64,000 bases of DNA. It comes from the human T2T-CHM13v2.0 reference genome, Homo sapiens. The first letter of the stretch is position 1; the number at the start of each line of letters is the position of its first letter. Shown in pieces: positions 42,811-56,679 of this stretch. Made by a program: the position numbers and the translations under genes. The notes below the pieces were generated by a model. The model worked only from the letters and a program-made list of their open reading frames with translations, made no database searches and was not told the DNA's origin. Location: the NCBI RefSeq assembly GCF_009914755.1, contig NC_060942.1. One strand, given 5' to 3'.

Positions 42811-45063
42811 AAGCCCATTTGTCTTTCCCCACATGGTGCTGCCTTTTTAGGCTGCCTAGTTTTCTCTTTCTCATATTCTTGGTTAGTTCCATGCTGCCTT
42901 CTTCCTTGTCCCCTCTCAACCCAGGGCCAAGAGAAAGAGAAACAACAAGCATTGCAGAAACTGACTATTCACAGCCTGTCATAGTTCTGAATCAGCATTT
43001 CCTGCTCTCTCTGCTAAATTAACTAGCCGGAGAGTTGCCTGTTTTCAGCTCTTAGTTGCTTTTTGATCCATATTGGATGGTTACTAATAAAAGATCACCC
43101 TTTATGCAATAAATGTTAATTGGACACCTATTATATGAAATGCAGAAGACTAAATAGTATGGGAAAATTCCTGGTTTCTGGGTAAATTTTCTTAAAAGGA
43201 TGTGATACTATGAAAATGTCATTCCTCACCAGGGTTTTGTCACATATTCTATACAGTCAGAGTTTCTGTCCAGTTCAGTTCAATTGTACCACATTATAGT
43301 CAACTCTTGTGTTGCATGTATGTTTTATTCAACAAGAGGATTAATACTAAAGCTTGTATTTCAGCTGCTTTCCCCAGCTCCTTCCTACTTCCTCTGCAAA
43401 TTAAATGTCATCCCCTAGTGAACCATTGGCTGAGGGCAAGGAATGAATCCTCTAATGGCCAATTAAAATTAATGCATATCAGACTGAAGAAAGCTTATCA
43501 TGAACATGAGGGTCTTTCACTGGCTCTAGATTATAGCTTTTTTATGAAAACAAATACAAATTAAATGAGCAAACAGAACAACTAGAGTTGTAAAGTTAAG
43601 CAAGCTAAGGGGTCGTTTTCACTTGCCTATAAAGCGTTGTGTGAATTCCAGTTAAATTTTACTGGTTTAGGATTTAGACTATTTTAACAATGAAACATAT
43701 ACATTGCCCCATTCCTCATAAATGACCAATAATGAGCCTGTTTTGAGCATCTCAGAATTAATGTCTTTGTTTATTAACTACTTTAAGATTGCTTAAGTTT
43801 CAATCATGAAGATTAAAAGATAACTAACAAACGTGTAATGAGATGCTACCACAATTGACAAAACTGAGCAATTGCTTTATTACAGGAATTTCTTTTTTAA
43901 AAAATAATGAATCTTCTCAATCCTTCTAAAAATGTAAAAATTTAAAAGATACTTTTGTCATTCTAAGTCCTTAAGGATTATGGAATTGTAAGTCACACAT
44001 TTAATGCTTGTTTTCAAACTCTTCATCATATTAGCAGAAAATAAATTCACTATGATAAATTCACTACCAAAGCCTAGGCATTTAGTAAATAGTTGTTGAA
44101 CAGATGAATGAACCAACAAATGAGATAAGGATAAAAATTTCTGTCTAAGAATTTTGAAAGTCAATTTAGTCTTATTTAAAGAATAGTCTTAGTTTGAATT
44201 TTACTTTTCCAAGTTTTTGATATTATAGCAAGGGATCAATATTAATAGACATTTTGGGCATAAAAGACCATACCTAGAAGGCATATCTCTACACAATCAT
44301 TTTTGTCTTAGGCATTACACTCACGGAATAGTAGTACCATTATTGTTTCCATAGGAACAGTGATTTTTTTTTTAAAGCAGAAAGGAAGGCAAAGAGAAAA
44401 AAAAGCACACAAGGAAAAATAATTATTCCAAATACTAGTTTGCGCCTCCCATAGTATTGTGGAATATTTATTGCATTGTTTACGTAAGAAATAACAAACC
44501 AAGAGTATTCAAAAAATTGTTCCAAGAATTTTCAGCTAAATGGATTTACAGTTTTGTAGCATCTACAGGGAGTAGTGAGTCTGATCTTGGAGGGAAAACT
44601 AAAACTGAACAAAGTCAAAATGGCTAAGGAAGTGACTTCGTGGGAGTTAAATGTCCCATGTTTAATTTTTACGCAACTTCCTCCCAAAGGCCTCTGGGAT
44701 GCCACTATTCCCATTGCATTAAGCCCTTTCTTGCTTCCTGGGGAGGCTTTTTCAGCGGTTTACATGGCAGTTTAATTTTACTAATGCATTATTTCTCCTG
44801 GGACCATATAGGTCTTGCATATGTTCATTATGTGGCGAATGGAATTGCTCCCTGTATATGGACAGGGCCCCACAGCAGGTGAGAGGACAAGGGGTCTGCA
44901 CAATTATCTCTGGGATTATGAAACAAAGAGCACTTAATACAAAGCTTGTTCTGACCACTTACTGCTTCCACAGTTGCCAGAATGTAGCAGAGAGACTGGT
45001 CTCTTATCTCTTACAGAACTTCAGAGGAAGAGATTAAGCTTCTTAGAAACTTTAGCTATGATG

Positions 45064-45372
<309 letters not shown>

Positions 45373-45414
45373 TTATCTGTGATGGTTGGGGCAGGAGAAC
45401 CATTAGGGGTTGTT

Positions 45415-46436
45415 ACGATGTGTAGTGGATATTGTAACACATTACCACAATTGGGCCTTATAACAAATAAAGTTTATTCTCTCACAGTTCTGGAGGCCAG
45501 AAGTTCAAAATCAGGGTGTCGTTACGGCCATGCTCCCTCTGCAGACTTTAGGAAGAATCTTTCCTTCCCTATTCCAGGTTCTGGTGGTGCCAGGTACTGA
45601 TGGTTTCTGGTTCTGATGGTTCCAGGTACTGGCGTTTCCAGGTACTGGTGGTTCTAGGTACTGGGGGTTCCATGTGCTGATAGTTCCAGGTTCTGGTGGT
45701 GCCAGGTGTTGATGGTTCCTGGTTCTGGTTCTGGTACTGGCAGTTCCACGTTTTGGTGCTGCCAGGTACTGATGGTTTCTAGTTCTTGTGGTTCCAGGTA
45801 CTGATGGTTCCAGGTTCTGGTGGTGTCAGGTACTGATGGTTCCAGGCTCTGATGTTCCAGGTGCTGATAGTTCTGGGTTCTGATGATTCGTTGTCCTTGT
45901 TCTGGTGGTTCCTGATTCTGGTAGTTTTGTTTACTGGTGGTTCCTGTTCCTGGTGGTTCCTGGTTCTGGTGTTTCTATGTTTGGGGGTTCCGGGTTCTGG
46001 TGGTGTCAGGTACTGATGATTCCTGGTTCTGGTGTTCTAGGTTCTGATAGTTCTGGGTTCTGATGGTCCCTTGTTTTGGTGTTTCCTGATTCTAGTAGTT
46101 TCATTTACTGGTGGTTCCTGGTCCTGGTGGTTCCTGGCTCTGGTGTTTCCATGTTCTTGTGGTTCTGGGTTCTGGTGGCCCCTCAGTTCCTTGGCTTGTG
46201 CCTGCATCACTCAGTTTTTGCCTCCTCCTTCTCATGGAATCCTTCCCCTTGTCTGTGTGGCTTCATAAACCCCTCTCCTTATAAGGATACCAGTCCTTGT
46301 ATTAGGGCCCACCCATATACAGTAGGACCCCATATTACCTTGGTTACATTTCAAAAACCCTATTTTGAAGTGAGGCCACATTCACAGGTACTGGGGGTTA
46401 GGTTTGAACATTGTTGTTCTGGGGACACAATTTCAA
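45415..46436 (-). mobile_element. MLT1 (B/C-like) MaLR LTR split by an internal minisatellite
   Basis: tttattctctcacagttctggaggccagaagttcaaaatca before the array; ccttggcttgtg...cattcacaggtactgggggttagg...ggggacacaatt after it. Confidence 0.85.
45572..46178. repeat. Degenerate 16-bp minisatellite (ttccaggttctggtgg), ~38 units, with a 180-bp higher-order duplication
   Basis: Directly visible; 45811-45990 is repeated at 45991-46166. Confidence 0.92.
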
Positions 46437-49400
46437 GATGCTGGTGGGGGCTTGGCTAGAGATTTTGATTTTAAAAAGGTTAGTGAGGAAAAGAAGGGTG
46501 ACAGTGACACCAAGTAACGTTTGTGTTTTGAGGGGATGATGTCCAGGTGAAAGTGAGTACTGAATAGTCTCTGTGTGTGAGGGTGATGTCAGATGCCAGA
46601 TGTGAATGTGGGAACCCGGTAATACTCCATACTGGCCATTGCCCAAAGTTCAGACTACACCAGGAACCGCCATTCTTCTTACCCAAACAGCCATCTTGGA
46701 AGAGAAGGAATGAGTTGGTCATTGTGAGTGGTAGAGAGAATAGAAAAAAAAAACCTTAATATTTATAAATTCTTGTGATCAATATCAACCAATGTGGAAT
46801 GCAGGCAAGACCTTACCCAGAGCATATTCTCCCTAGATTGCCATCTTTCATATACCTAAGTGAAAATATTTGAAGCAAATCTTAAGGTACTATCAAATTT
46901 GTAGCTCTGTCGAGCTCTCTGTGTTTTGTCAAAAATCAGAATCGGGAAAACTTGGTTACTGTTGTCTGAGACTGCCTTTGACAAATCCTTTGTTTTCAGC
47001 TGGAAATCATTTTCCTTCTAGATTGAGGAGAGAGGGAGATAGAAGTTAGACACTCGCTTGGCTTCATGTCCTTCTGAGATGCCGATTATTATCCGTAGGA
47101 TGATTAACCTCAAATACGTATCTCCAGCTTAGGTTGTTAAGCAAGATTTAACTCAAAATCTTTAAATGCTTTCCAGGCCTCTCCATTTTGATAATGACAA
47201 AGATAACAAAGCTGATAGAAATTGAATTAAACATCTTCCTCCTAATTCAGCTTCTTCTACGTATATTAATTAGATTGATATTATTAGTAATACAGGGATA
47301 TGATATTAATAAGAAAGTAACAACTTGCGCACAGTATATGCATCAACTATTTATTCCCAAAACTTACTCAAGAGCTTAAGCTAAATAACTTGAACAGTTG
47401 GAATCTGCATTATTATTTTTTTCTTATTATTGATAAGAAAAATTGCCCCAAATAATTGTTTTAAATTGCCATCGCCCCTTCCAGTTTCCCAAATCAAATC
47501 ATATACTATTGGTCTGTAAATTTAAGATCAATTGCTTCTTTGATGCACGAGGCTAAACTTGACAATTTTGGAGAAAGCATAGAATGTTACAATCCTTAAG
47601 GGAAAACCAGGTAGTTCTCCTTTTCTACCCCTTTGGCAATGTAAGCCCACGTTATTGGGAGGTGATTTAATTTGGTATATTTATAATACTATAAGTATAA
47701 TCATATAAAATATCTTTCTTATAAATTAATAATAGTATAGTATATGATTCTAATAGTATGAATCACAAATGATAATTCTAATAAATGTTTTAGCCCAATG
47801 GAGTTTACAAACTCTTTCTCCTAAATTTTTATAAAATCTTGAATTCTCAGCACATTTCTTCATTCAACAAATATTACTTATGGCCTATTAGTCACCTGAC
47901 ATGGTGAGGGTACTAGGAAGGTCTTAGGAGAAAATAATTCAGTTGGCACCTTTCTATTAATTGTCTGATACATTATACACCAAATTGATTATTCTTGCAC
48001 TTAAATTATTATTTATGATGAATGCCTTGCATTAGAGTTTAGAATCATTTGTAAATACACTAAAATCTTCTTCTGTGCCTCAAGAACTCTGACCCTCTGA
48101 ACTTCTGGATCAAATATTCCTTATCCTTATGTCAGGGACACACATTTTGGGGAAGTGCAGGCTGCATAGCAAAGGATTACAGATGGCATTCTGTAGGGAG
48201 AGGGTGAGCCTGTGGCTGCTCCACTGAGCTCTGAGCTTATCCCAGCTCTGAACCTTGGCTGAAGTGAGGTGACTGCACAGCCTGCACCAGCTGCTCTACA
48301 CAATTGGGCACGCATGGTTTGAGGGCCTGCACCCCATTTACCAGGCTGCACAGTGGGGTTTTGGCTACATGGTCAATGAGGTAGAAAAGATGTCTTGGAA
48401 ACTATGGTACTCATCAGCTCTTTCAGTCACCAGCATTTTTAACATATGGAAAATGCAGCGATTGAGATTCATCAATCAGGAACTTTCTTAGAGTGATTAT
48501 AAATAAAAGATTATTTTCAGTTCATTATTTTAGTGCTGTTAGAAACTTCCTTAAGTTTTCTCTTGTAATGCAAATTCAAACCATGCCATTTAAGAAGATC
48601 ACCCCATTGTAGTATAGAGAGAGATGATGCGTACTTGCAATCAAAGTTATAACCCTTTCACAAGGCTGTTGATTCCACCTGTGAAGGGAGAATGTCCTCA
48701 CAAGGTGTCAGTCTGCCTTGTCCAGCATCGAATACTAATGGCAAGGTAGAAGGGTGAACATGGTGTAGACAGTGTTGTTGGTGTAGACTCTGCATGTTTT
48801 GGCCTCAGGCTATAGGTTGCCAACACCTGCACTCTATTATCTGTTATACTGCAGCACAGGAATTCTGAAATTCAAAAGAATTCAACCAAGTTAATGTTGA
48901 ACTACACTGAACCCAGCATAAATAGGAGTCTACCCTAGGCAAGGGAAAGATATCCTTTTTGTGACAAGAAAATTCTTATTGAAGTTGTAAGACTATATCC
49001 TTCTTTTGAGACTTTTACATTTCTCAAACGTCTTACGGTTTAAAACTTAGAAATTGCCATTGTAACTATTTCAATTTTAAATTTCCTAATGGTTCTAGAA
49101 TTAGTAGCTATGATCATATTTGATAGATAGAGATTGCATTACATATATCTGTGAGTGCATGGTGTTAATAACCTTCATAAGAACTTTTCGAGGTAGACTA
49201 GATGTTTAAACTCCCTGAGTTTCAACAAATTATCATCTCTCTTCAAGAGTTTCTGGAAGGGCCAAGTGAAGGACCATGCATGAAAGCGGCAAACACAGTG
49301 TCCCACACGTGGAACAGATCCTGCTAATGCTGGGCTTGCGTGCTTTTGTTGCTCGCTTCATGGGCAACCTCGTGTGGACTCTCCCGGCTAATTTTCCACA

Positions 49401-50136
49401 TTCTAGCACTTAGCCATCTGCGTTGTTTCTTTTAGCACAGTCGTTGATGGTACCCTTGCTACTACATCGCCATAGCCACGTCCCTTTTTGGTTCCTGGGA
49501 GACAGAGACCCTGCCCCATCTCTGGCCCATCCCTGTCCACACCCACCCACCTGCATGGGGTGTGGCCCATTCCCTGTCTCTGTAGGCCCAGTTATGCGTC
49601 TTCACAAGGTGAGATGTGGGGCTGGGTCAATGGGAAGTAGAATGGCAGAAGAAAGAGGGAACCACATTTGGATATAAGAAACTCTACAGAGAATTAGCTG
49701 GAGTTGGTAATTATTTGGATGCAAGAGAGTAAGGGAAGGAAAAGACATCACACTAAAAGGTTTCTTTTATTGCTGTGTGTTCAAGGTGAAGGTGCCACTG
49801 ACAAGGGTAAAGAGATATGAAGAAAGAATTAGTTTAGGGAAATTAACTTTTTAAATAAAATGTATTAAATCTATACATAGGTACAAAGAGGAGAACACAA
49901 ATGCCCACATGACTGCCACTGAATGCACAAATGTCAATATATTGTGGCATACATATTTTAGATTTTTTTTAGAGAACTAAAAGTGTTACATACACAGGTG
50001 AAATGCTCCCTGAGCCCCGCCCAGCTCTTATTCTCCTCTGTGTTTCTAATGAGTAACTATTTCACTTGGAACAACCTTCAGTCCACATTTGTATTCTCAT
50101 TTTATTTTATATTTTTATTATATATGTAATATTTAA

Positions 50137-50465
<329 letters not shown>

Positions 50466-50468
50466 ATT

Positions 50469-50503
<35 letters not shown>

Positions 50504-50560
50504 GCACACACACATAGTGAAATGATCACTACAAGTAAATTAAGATACTTATAATCTTAG

Positions 50561-50601
<41 letters not shown>

Positions 50602-50959
50602 TCAGAGTACCTAAAATCTATTCTTTATATTTAGGAAATTTTCAATATACAATGCAATATTATTAACTATAGTTCTGCACAATTTTTATTCTTTTCCTAG
50701 TTACAAAGCCATTAACAAATAGGGTAGTTCAGTGTGATTTTAGAAAACATACACAGATGCCTGGTTTATTTGAAGTTATGATTCTGATATGTTCTATAGG
50801 TCGTCAGTGAGGGGAACAGAGATGCAGTGCTTAGCCTTTGATTCTACCACGTGCTTTTCAGTTACCTATGACTTTAACAATTAGGTTCTTATTAGTTTTT
50901 TTAAACCACTGTTGCATTAACCATTCCTTTGACACATTTTCTTATTTTGGAGATGCTTG

Positions 50960-51196
50960 TTTTTTTTTTTTTGTTTTTTTGTTTTTTTTTTGAGACGGAG
51001 TCTTGCTCTTTTGCCTTGGTTGGAGGGCAGTGGATCTCGGCTCACTGCAAGCTCCGCCTCCCGGGTTCACGCCATTCTCCTGCCTCAGCCTCCGGAGTAG
51101 CTGGGACTACAGGCACCCGCCACCACGCCCGGCTAATTTTTTGTATTTTTTTTAGTAGAGATGGGGTTTCACCGTGTTAGCCAGGAAGGTCTCGAT
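50960..51196 (-). mobile_element. 5'-truncated AluY with perfect TSD
   Basis: gcaagctccgcctcccgggttcacgccattc; TSD ggagatgcttgttttt at 50949-50964 and 51197-51212. Confidence 0.95.
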
Positions 51197-51399
51197 GGAG
51201 ATGCTTGTTTTTGAAAATACTTTAAGGCAATATACCTAGGCACAGAAATGCTTAGTCCTGAGATCTACCCATTGTCAACTTTATAAAGTGCTGAAAACTA
51301 GTTCTCCAATGTGTTCACAAAACATGACCTGCCATTAGGAGTGGATGAGAGTTCACGGTTCCCCACATCCAGCCACCATTTGGTATGCAGCACTTAATA

Positions 51400-51579
51400 C
51401 TTGCTCCTGCTTCACCTTCCACCATGAGTAAAACCTTCCTGAAGCCTCCCCAGAAGCCAAGTAGATGCTGGCGCCACGCTTGAACAGCCTGAACAACCAG
51501 GATCCAATTCAACCTCTTTTCTTATAAATTACCCAGTCTTAGGTATTCCTTTAGAGCAACACAAGAATGGCCTAGCAAA
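51400..51579 (+). mobile_element. MST-type MaLR LTR 3' fragment
   Basis: ttccaccatgagtaaaaccttcctgaagcctccccagaagcc...ttataaattacccagtcttaggtattcc. Confidence 0.8.
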
Positions 51580-51639
51580 CCATATGTATTCTATAACATC
51601 ATATTGTATACCTTAAATATACATAATAAAGTTTATTAA

Positions 51640-52360
51640 AAAATCAATACTAAGTCATAATTTTTTCCAAGTTTTCTTTAAAAAGTTTTATAGTTTTGCA
51701 TTTTGCACTTGTGCCTGTGATCCATTTTGCATTAATTTCTGTATAAGATGTAAGTAAGATCTGTGTCTATGTTTATTTTTTTAATCATAATTATGATTAT
51801 TTGCATAAGAACATTCAACATTTGCAGCATCGTTTGTTGAAAAAAGTATCCTTTCTCTGTTGAATTTCCTTCAGGTCTTTTAACAATCAGTTGACTATTT
51901 TTGTGTGGGCTTTCTATTCTCTTCTATTGATCTATCTGTCTACAATTTCAGCAATAGCACATTGCCTTGATTATTGTAGCTTTATAGTAAGTATTGAAAC
52001 CACGTAGTGTGTCTTCCATCTTTGTTCTTCTTCAGTAATGTTTTAGCTATCTTAGATTCTTTCTCTTTCCATATACATTTTAGAATCAGTTTTTCAATAC
52101 CTACAAATATTTTGCTGGGATTTTTCTTGGAATTGAGTCTGTAGTTCCAATTGGGAATAATTGATATTTTAGCAATATTGAACCTTCCAATTTATAATAA
52201 TAGAATATCACTCCATTTATTTCAATCTTTGATTTCTTCCATTAGAATTCTACAGTTTTCCATAAAAAGATCCTACACATATTTTGTTAGCTTTATACAT
52301 AAGTGCTTCATTTTTGGTGCTGTTGCAAATGGCTTTTCTAAATTTTTAAAATTCTAATTA
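51640..52360 (-). mobile_element. Old L1M ORF2 fragment, antisense
   Basis: gcatcgtttgttgaaaaaagtatcc; cattgccttgattattgtagctttatagtaagt. Confidence 0.75.
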
Positions 52361-52885
52361 TTCATTAAGTAAATATTTTAGAGTTTTCTTGTTACTAAAT
52401 TCAGTTAGATATTCTCTTTTCTTTTTGTTTCTTTTTTCTTGTTGTTATTAATGAGGTCATCTCTTTTGTTACAAATTCTAATACACACACATATATCTTC
52501 TAATCCATCATATATATGTAGAAATAGATATTGTGTGTATAATATATACATATGAGCTATTTCTCGATATCAATTTTACAATCTGCTACCTTATTAAATT
52601 ATCTTATTTTTGTGTTAATGCTCACATCATAAATTCCTGTTGGCTCATTTCCTCCTTTTTAGTTGTTTGTTTCTGATTTTATTCCTAACACCTTGCTCCT
52701 AACTTTAGTGGAAACCTTGTTTTTCTTCAGTAAGGGAGATGATGCATTTGGGCTGAGGCAAACAAGAAATGTCACAAATTTCTATTTATTTGTTTTTAAC
52801 ATTAATGAGTGATGAATTATGTCAAATGTCACATATATATATGAAAATCATGCTCTTTTCTTACCTTTAATGTTTCGTTAATGTG

Positions 52886-53235
52886 TGTATTAGTCCATTC
52901 TCATGCTGCTATGAAGAAATACCTGAGACTGGGTAATTTATAAAGAAAAGTTAAATGGACTCACAGTTCCACATGACCGAGGAGGCCTCAGGAAACTTAC
53001 AAGCATGGTGGAAGGACCTCTTCACAGGGTGGCAGGAGAGAGAATGAGTGCCAGCAGAGGAAATGTTAGACGCTTATAAAACCATCATATCTCATGAGAA
53101 CTCACCCACTATCACGAGAACAGTATGGGAAAAACGGGCCCCATGATTCAATTACCTCCCTCCAGCCCCTCCCATGACATGTGGGGATCATAATTAAAGA
53201 TGAAATTTGGGTGGGGATACAGCCAAACCATATCA
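52886..53235 (-). mobile_element. THE1-family MaLR solo LTR
   Basis: tgtattagtccattctcatgctgct...cagccaaaccatatca; TSD atgtg/atgta. Confidence 0.92.
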
Positions 53236-53894
53236 ATGTACTTTCTAATACTGAACCACTCTTGAATTTTTAGAATAAATGTCATTGCCCATGATGTACT
53301 TCTTTTTAGATAAATTATTTTGTACTTAATTCTTTTTCTTATAATTTTATGTGAGAATTGACTGGGATTCTTTGTTTTTGCTGATTTTTAAGTGAAATGC
53401 TTTTCCTTTACTTTTTGGAGGGATGATTGAATCAGGACAGCTTTCTAGTCTCACAGCTTCAGAGTTTTCCCTGTCCCTTAAAAAAAAATTATGTGGGCTT
53501 CAGGGTGTGATAAAAGACATGAACTCGCAATTTCTGAGGTTGTTTTCTCTGTTCTCCTTGTTCCTTTTATCTGGATCTTCCTGATGTGCAGACTTTTGTT
53601 CTGGAAGGTGTCTGGTTTTCAGTTTTGAGGTTCACAGGACCCTGGACCCAAGGCAATTTCAGCACCATTAGAACTCTTCATGGTTTTCTTGCCCTCATTC
53701 ATTTAGCATTTTTTATCTATGCAAGTGAATGAATGCCAGGGAATGTTTCCACCACAAATACATGAAAAATGTCTGAGATGATGGATATCCTAGTTATCCC
53801 GACTTGATCACTGCACATTGTATGCATGTATCAAACTATCAGATGTATCCCATAAATATGTATGATTATTATGTGTCAATAAAAATAAAGACTG

Positions 53895-54229
<335 letters not shown>

Positions 54230-54286
54230 CTAAAAAAACCCCACATGAATATGTACAAAACACTGAGAGAATAAATGTTGACCTCA

Positions 54287-54697
54287 CAGAAGGGGCTGGC
54301 TTGAAGATAAACTTAGACTCTTGCAGTACGTCATATGGATGTGAAGACCGACAGCAGAAGGGGCTGGCTTGAAGGTAAACTTAGACTCTTGCAGTACGTT
54401 GTATGGATGTGAAGAACGACAGCAGAAGGGGCTGGCTTGAAGGTAACCTTAGACTCTTGCAGTACGTCGTATGGATGTGAAGAACGACAGCAGAAGGGGC
54501 TGTCTTGAAGACAAACTTAGACTCTTGCAGTACGTCATATGGATGTGAAGACTGACAGCAGAAGGGGCTGGCTTGAAGGTAAACTTAGACTCTTGCAGTA
54601 CGTCGTATGGATGTGAAGACCAACAGCAGAAGGGGCTGGCTTGAAGGTAAACTTAGACTCTTGAAGTACGTCGTATGGATGTGAAGACTGACAGCAG
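54287..54697. repeat. 68-bp minisatellite, 6 copies
   Basis: Units start at 54287, 54355, 54423, 54491, 54559, 54627; highly similar. Confidence 0.97.
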
Positions 54698-54911
54698 CAA
54701 GACATTTTGTAGAGCAGTGTTTCAAACTGCAGCAAATGAAAACACACTCAATTTCCTACAGAATCCTGATAAGACTAAGAGAAACCAGGTGAAGTATCAG
54801 TAAGAGAACACAAATGCCTGCCTCTGCTTCTGCCTCGTGTCAGGGTTCATGAAAATCTGCACTGTGTGGAACCTGGGTAAGCCGTGGTGACCTCTTCTTT
54901 GCTCGTCTTAC

Positions 54912-55050
54912 CTTATTAAAATTAATGCAGAGTGAAATGATTTTCTATAAGAGGAAGAAATCTGAGCCACAAGTAAAACACTTCGCATACCAAAAATTCA
55001 ACATTTGTTTTCAAAATGTCTTCAGATGTGGTAGTATCTGACATCCTCCT
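54912..55050 (-). pseudogene. Exon-like segment with strong splice sites but stops in all frames (alternative donor at 54991 gives 60 nt)
   Basis: Acceptor ttgtcttgcttcag|AG, donors AAG|gtaaga and TTG|gtatgc. Confidence 0.35.
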
Positions 55051-56042
55051 CTGAAGCAAGACAACATGCCAGGTTTTTGTCTGAATATTTAGGATTCGTA
55101 GTTGTGTTTCAGTGAACCCCAAATCTCCTTTGTTTTACTCAGTTTCTTGAGTTTTTACTTAGAAGACCTTAATCAGCACGTCGGGAAGTCTGCATAAATA
55201 AAATGTTTATCAGAGCCAAGCATTAATGCAAATTTTTTTTTTTGAAAAAAATTATTAATATTAAATTATAACACTGTTACTAAAATTTTCAAAATAAACA
55301 CAATCAGAAAATGCAAAAGATTATCTGTCCAAAGAACATCTATTAACCACTAAATTGAGCCCATATATATTTATTATATGAATAATATAATGAGGGCATT
55401 TATAAATGAATGCCCTGATTATAAATTCATATCCTGATTATATTATTCATTTTTATTTTTTATAAATGAATGCCCTGATAATATGTTGTAAACTTAAGGG
55501 AACTGGAAGAGGAAAAAGGATTGACAGTGTCTGTCTATATGTTTAAAGGGATAACGTATTTAGAAACATCCCTGTTAACCATCTGAGTAATTACGTGGGT
55601 AGGGTACTTGAGATATGCTGGATTTTTACGGAAGAATCCTCAGCATATGGATTTCTTGTGTGCAATTTGCAAGTTTTTATACATTAATGTATAATAATAT
55701 GGATGTAGTAATATATAGAATAATATGAAGTGATAGAGATGCCTTGTAAACTTCAAAGGTGGGGTAAACATTTAATTTATCATCAAGACAAGGACAGATT
55801 TGAGAGTGACATGAAAGATGATTTATAATTACCCCTACTGAAGGAGTTTAGGACTGCTCAGGCCAGGCTAGGTTGTGTGGTCAGCCCACTCAGGGGCAGT
55901 GACTTCCAAGTGAAACTGTAACTATGTACATACACAAATGAGTTATACTTCTAACTCTGGCCTGAGTCTTAGGAAACATGGAGGCTCTGGCCTGTGAGGA
56001 CTCTAACTTTTAACAATCCAATTATTCAAGGGATCCAATTTA

Positions 56043-56295
<253 letters not shown>

Positions 56296-56679
56296 TATTA
56301 CTTAAAAATCACTTAAACATCCACTTAAATGTGGATGATTTATACAAACAGTAACACATGACAAGAGTGCAATAATGAGCTCTGGGATTGTTGAGAGTTT
56401 CTGGTCCTTAGATCAACGGGAAGTAATAAAGGTACAAACACACATGGTGGGGTTGACCTTCTTCCACAAGGTATTGTGGATTCTAAGAAAAAAGTCATGA
56501 GATATTTATCCTTCAGAAGTAAGTCTAATTGAATGAGACTTACTGTAAGTAGTGAGCTCATTGTTTCAGTTACGTAGTTGTTTTGTTTGCTTTTTGTTTT
56601 GGTTTTTTGGATTTCAAAGAGATGAAAAAATGAAATAAAAGATGATTTAACCCAAAAAATAAATGTATTGGGGCATATT

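Noticed and set aside
48635-48678. Minus-strand 44-nt exon candidate with strong acceptor ttctcccttcacag
   Set aside because: Donor (CAA|gtacgc) is weak and the segment is too short to support; left out of the gene model
54287-54697. CRISPR-like regular array
   Set aside because: Head-to-tail tandem units with no unique spacers, no cas genes, and a primate context
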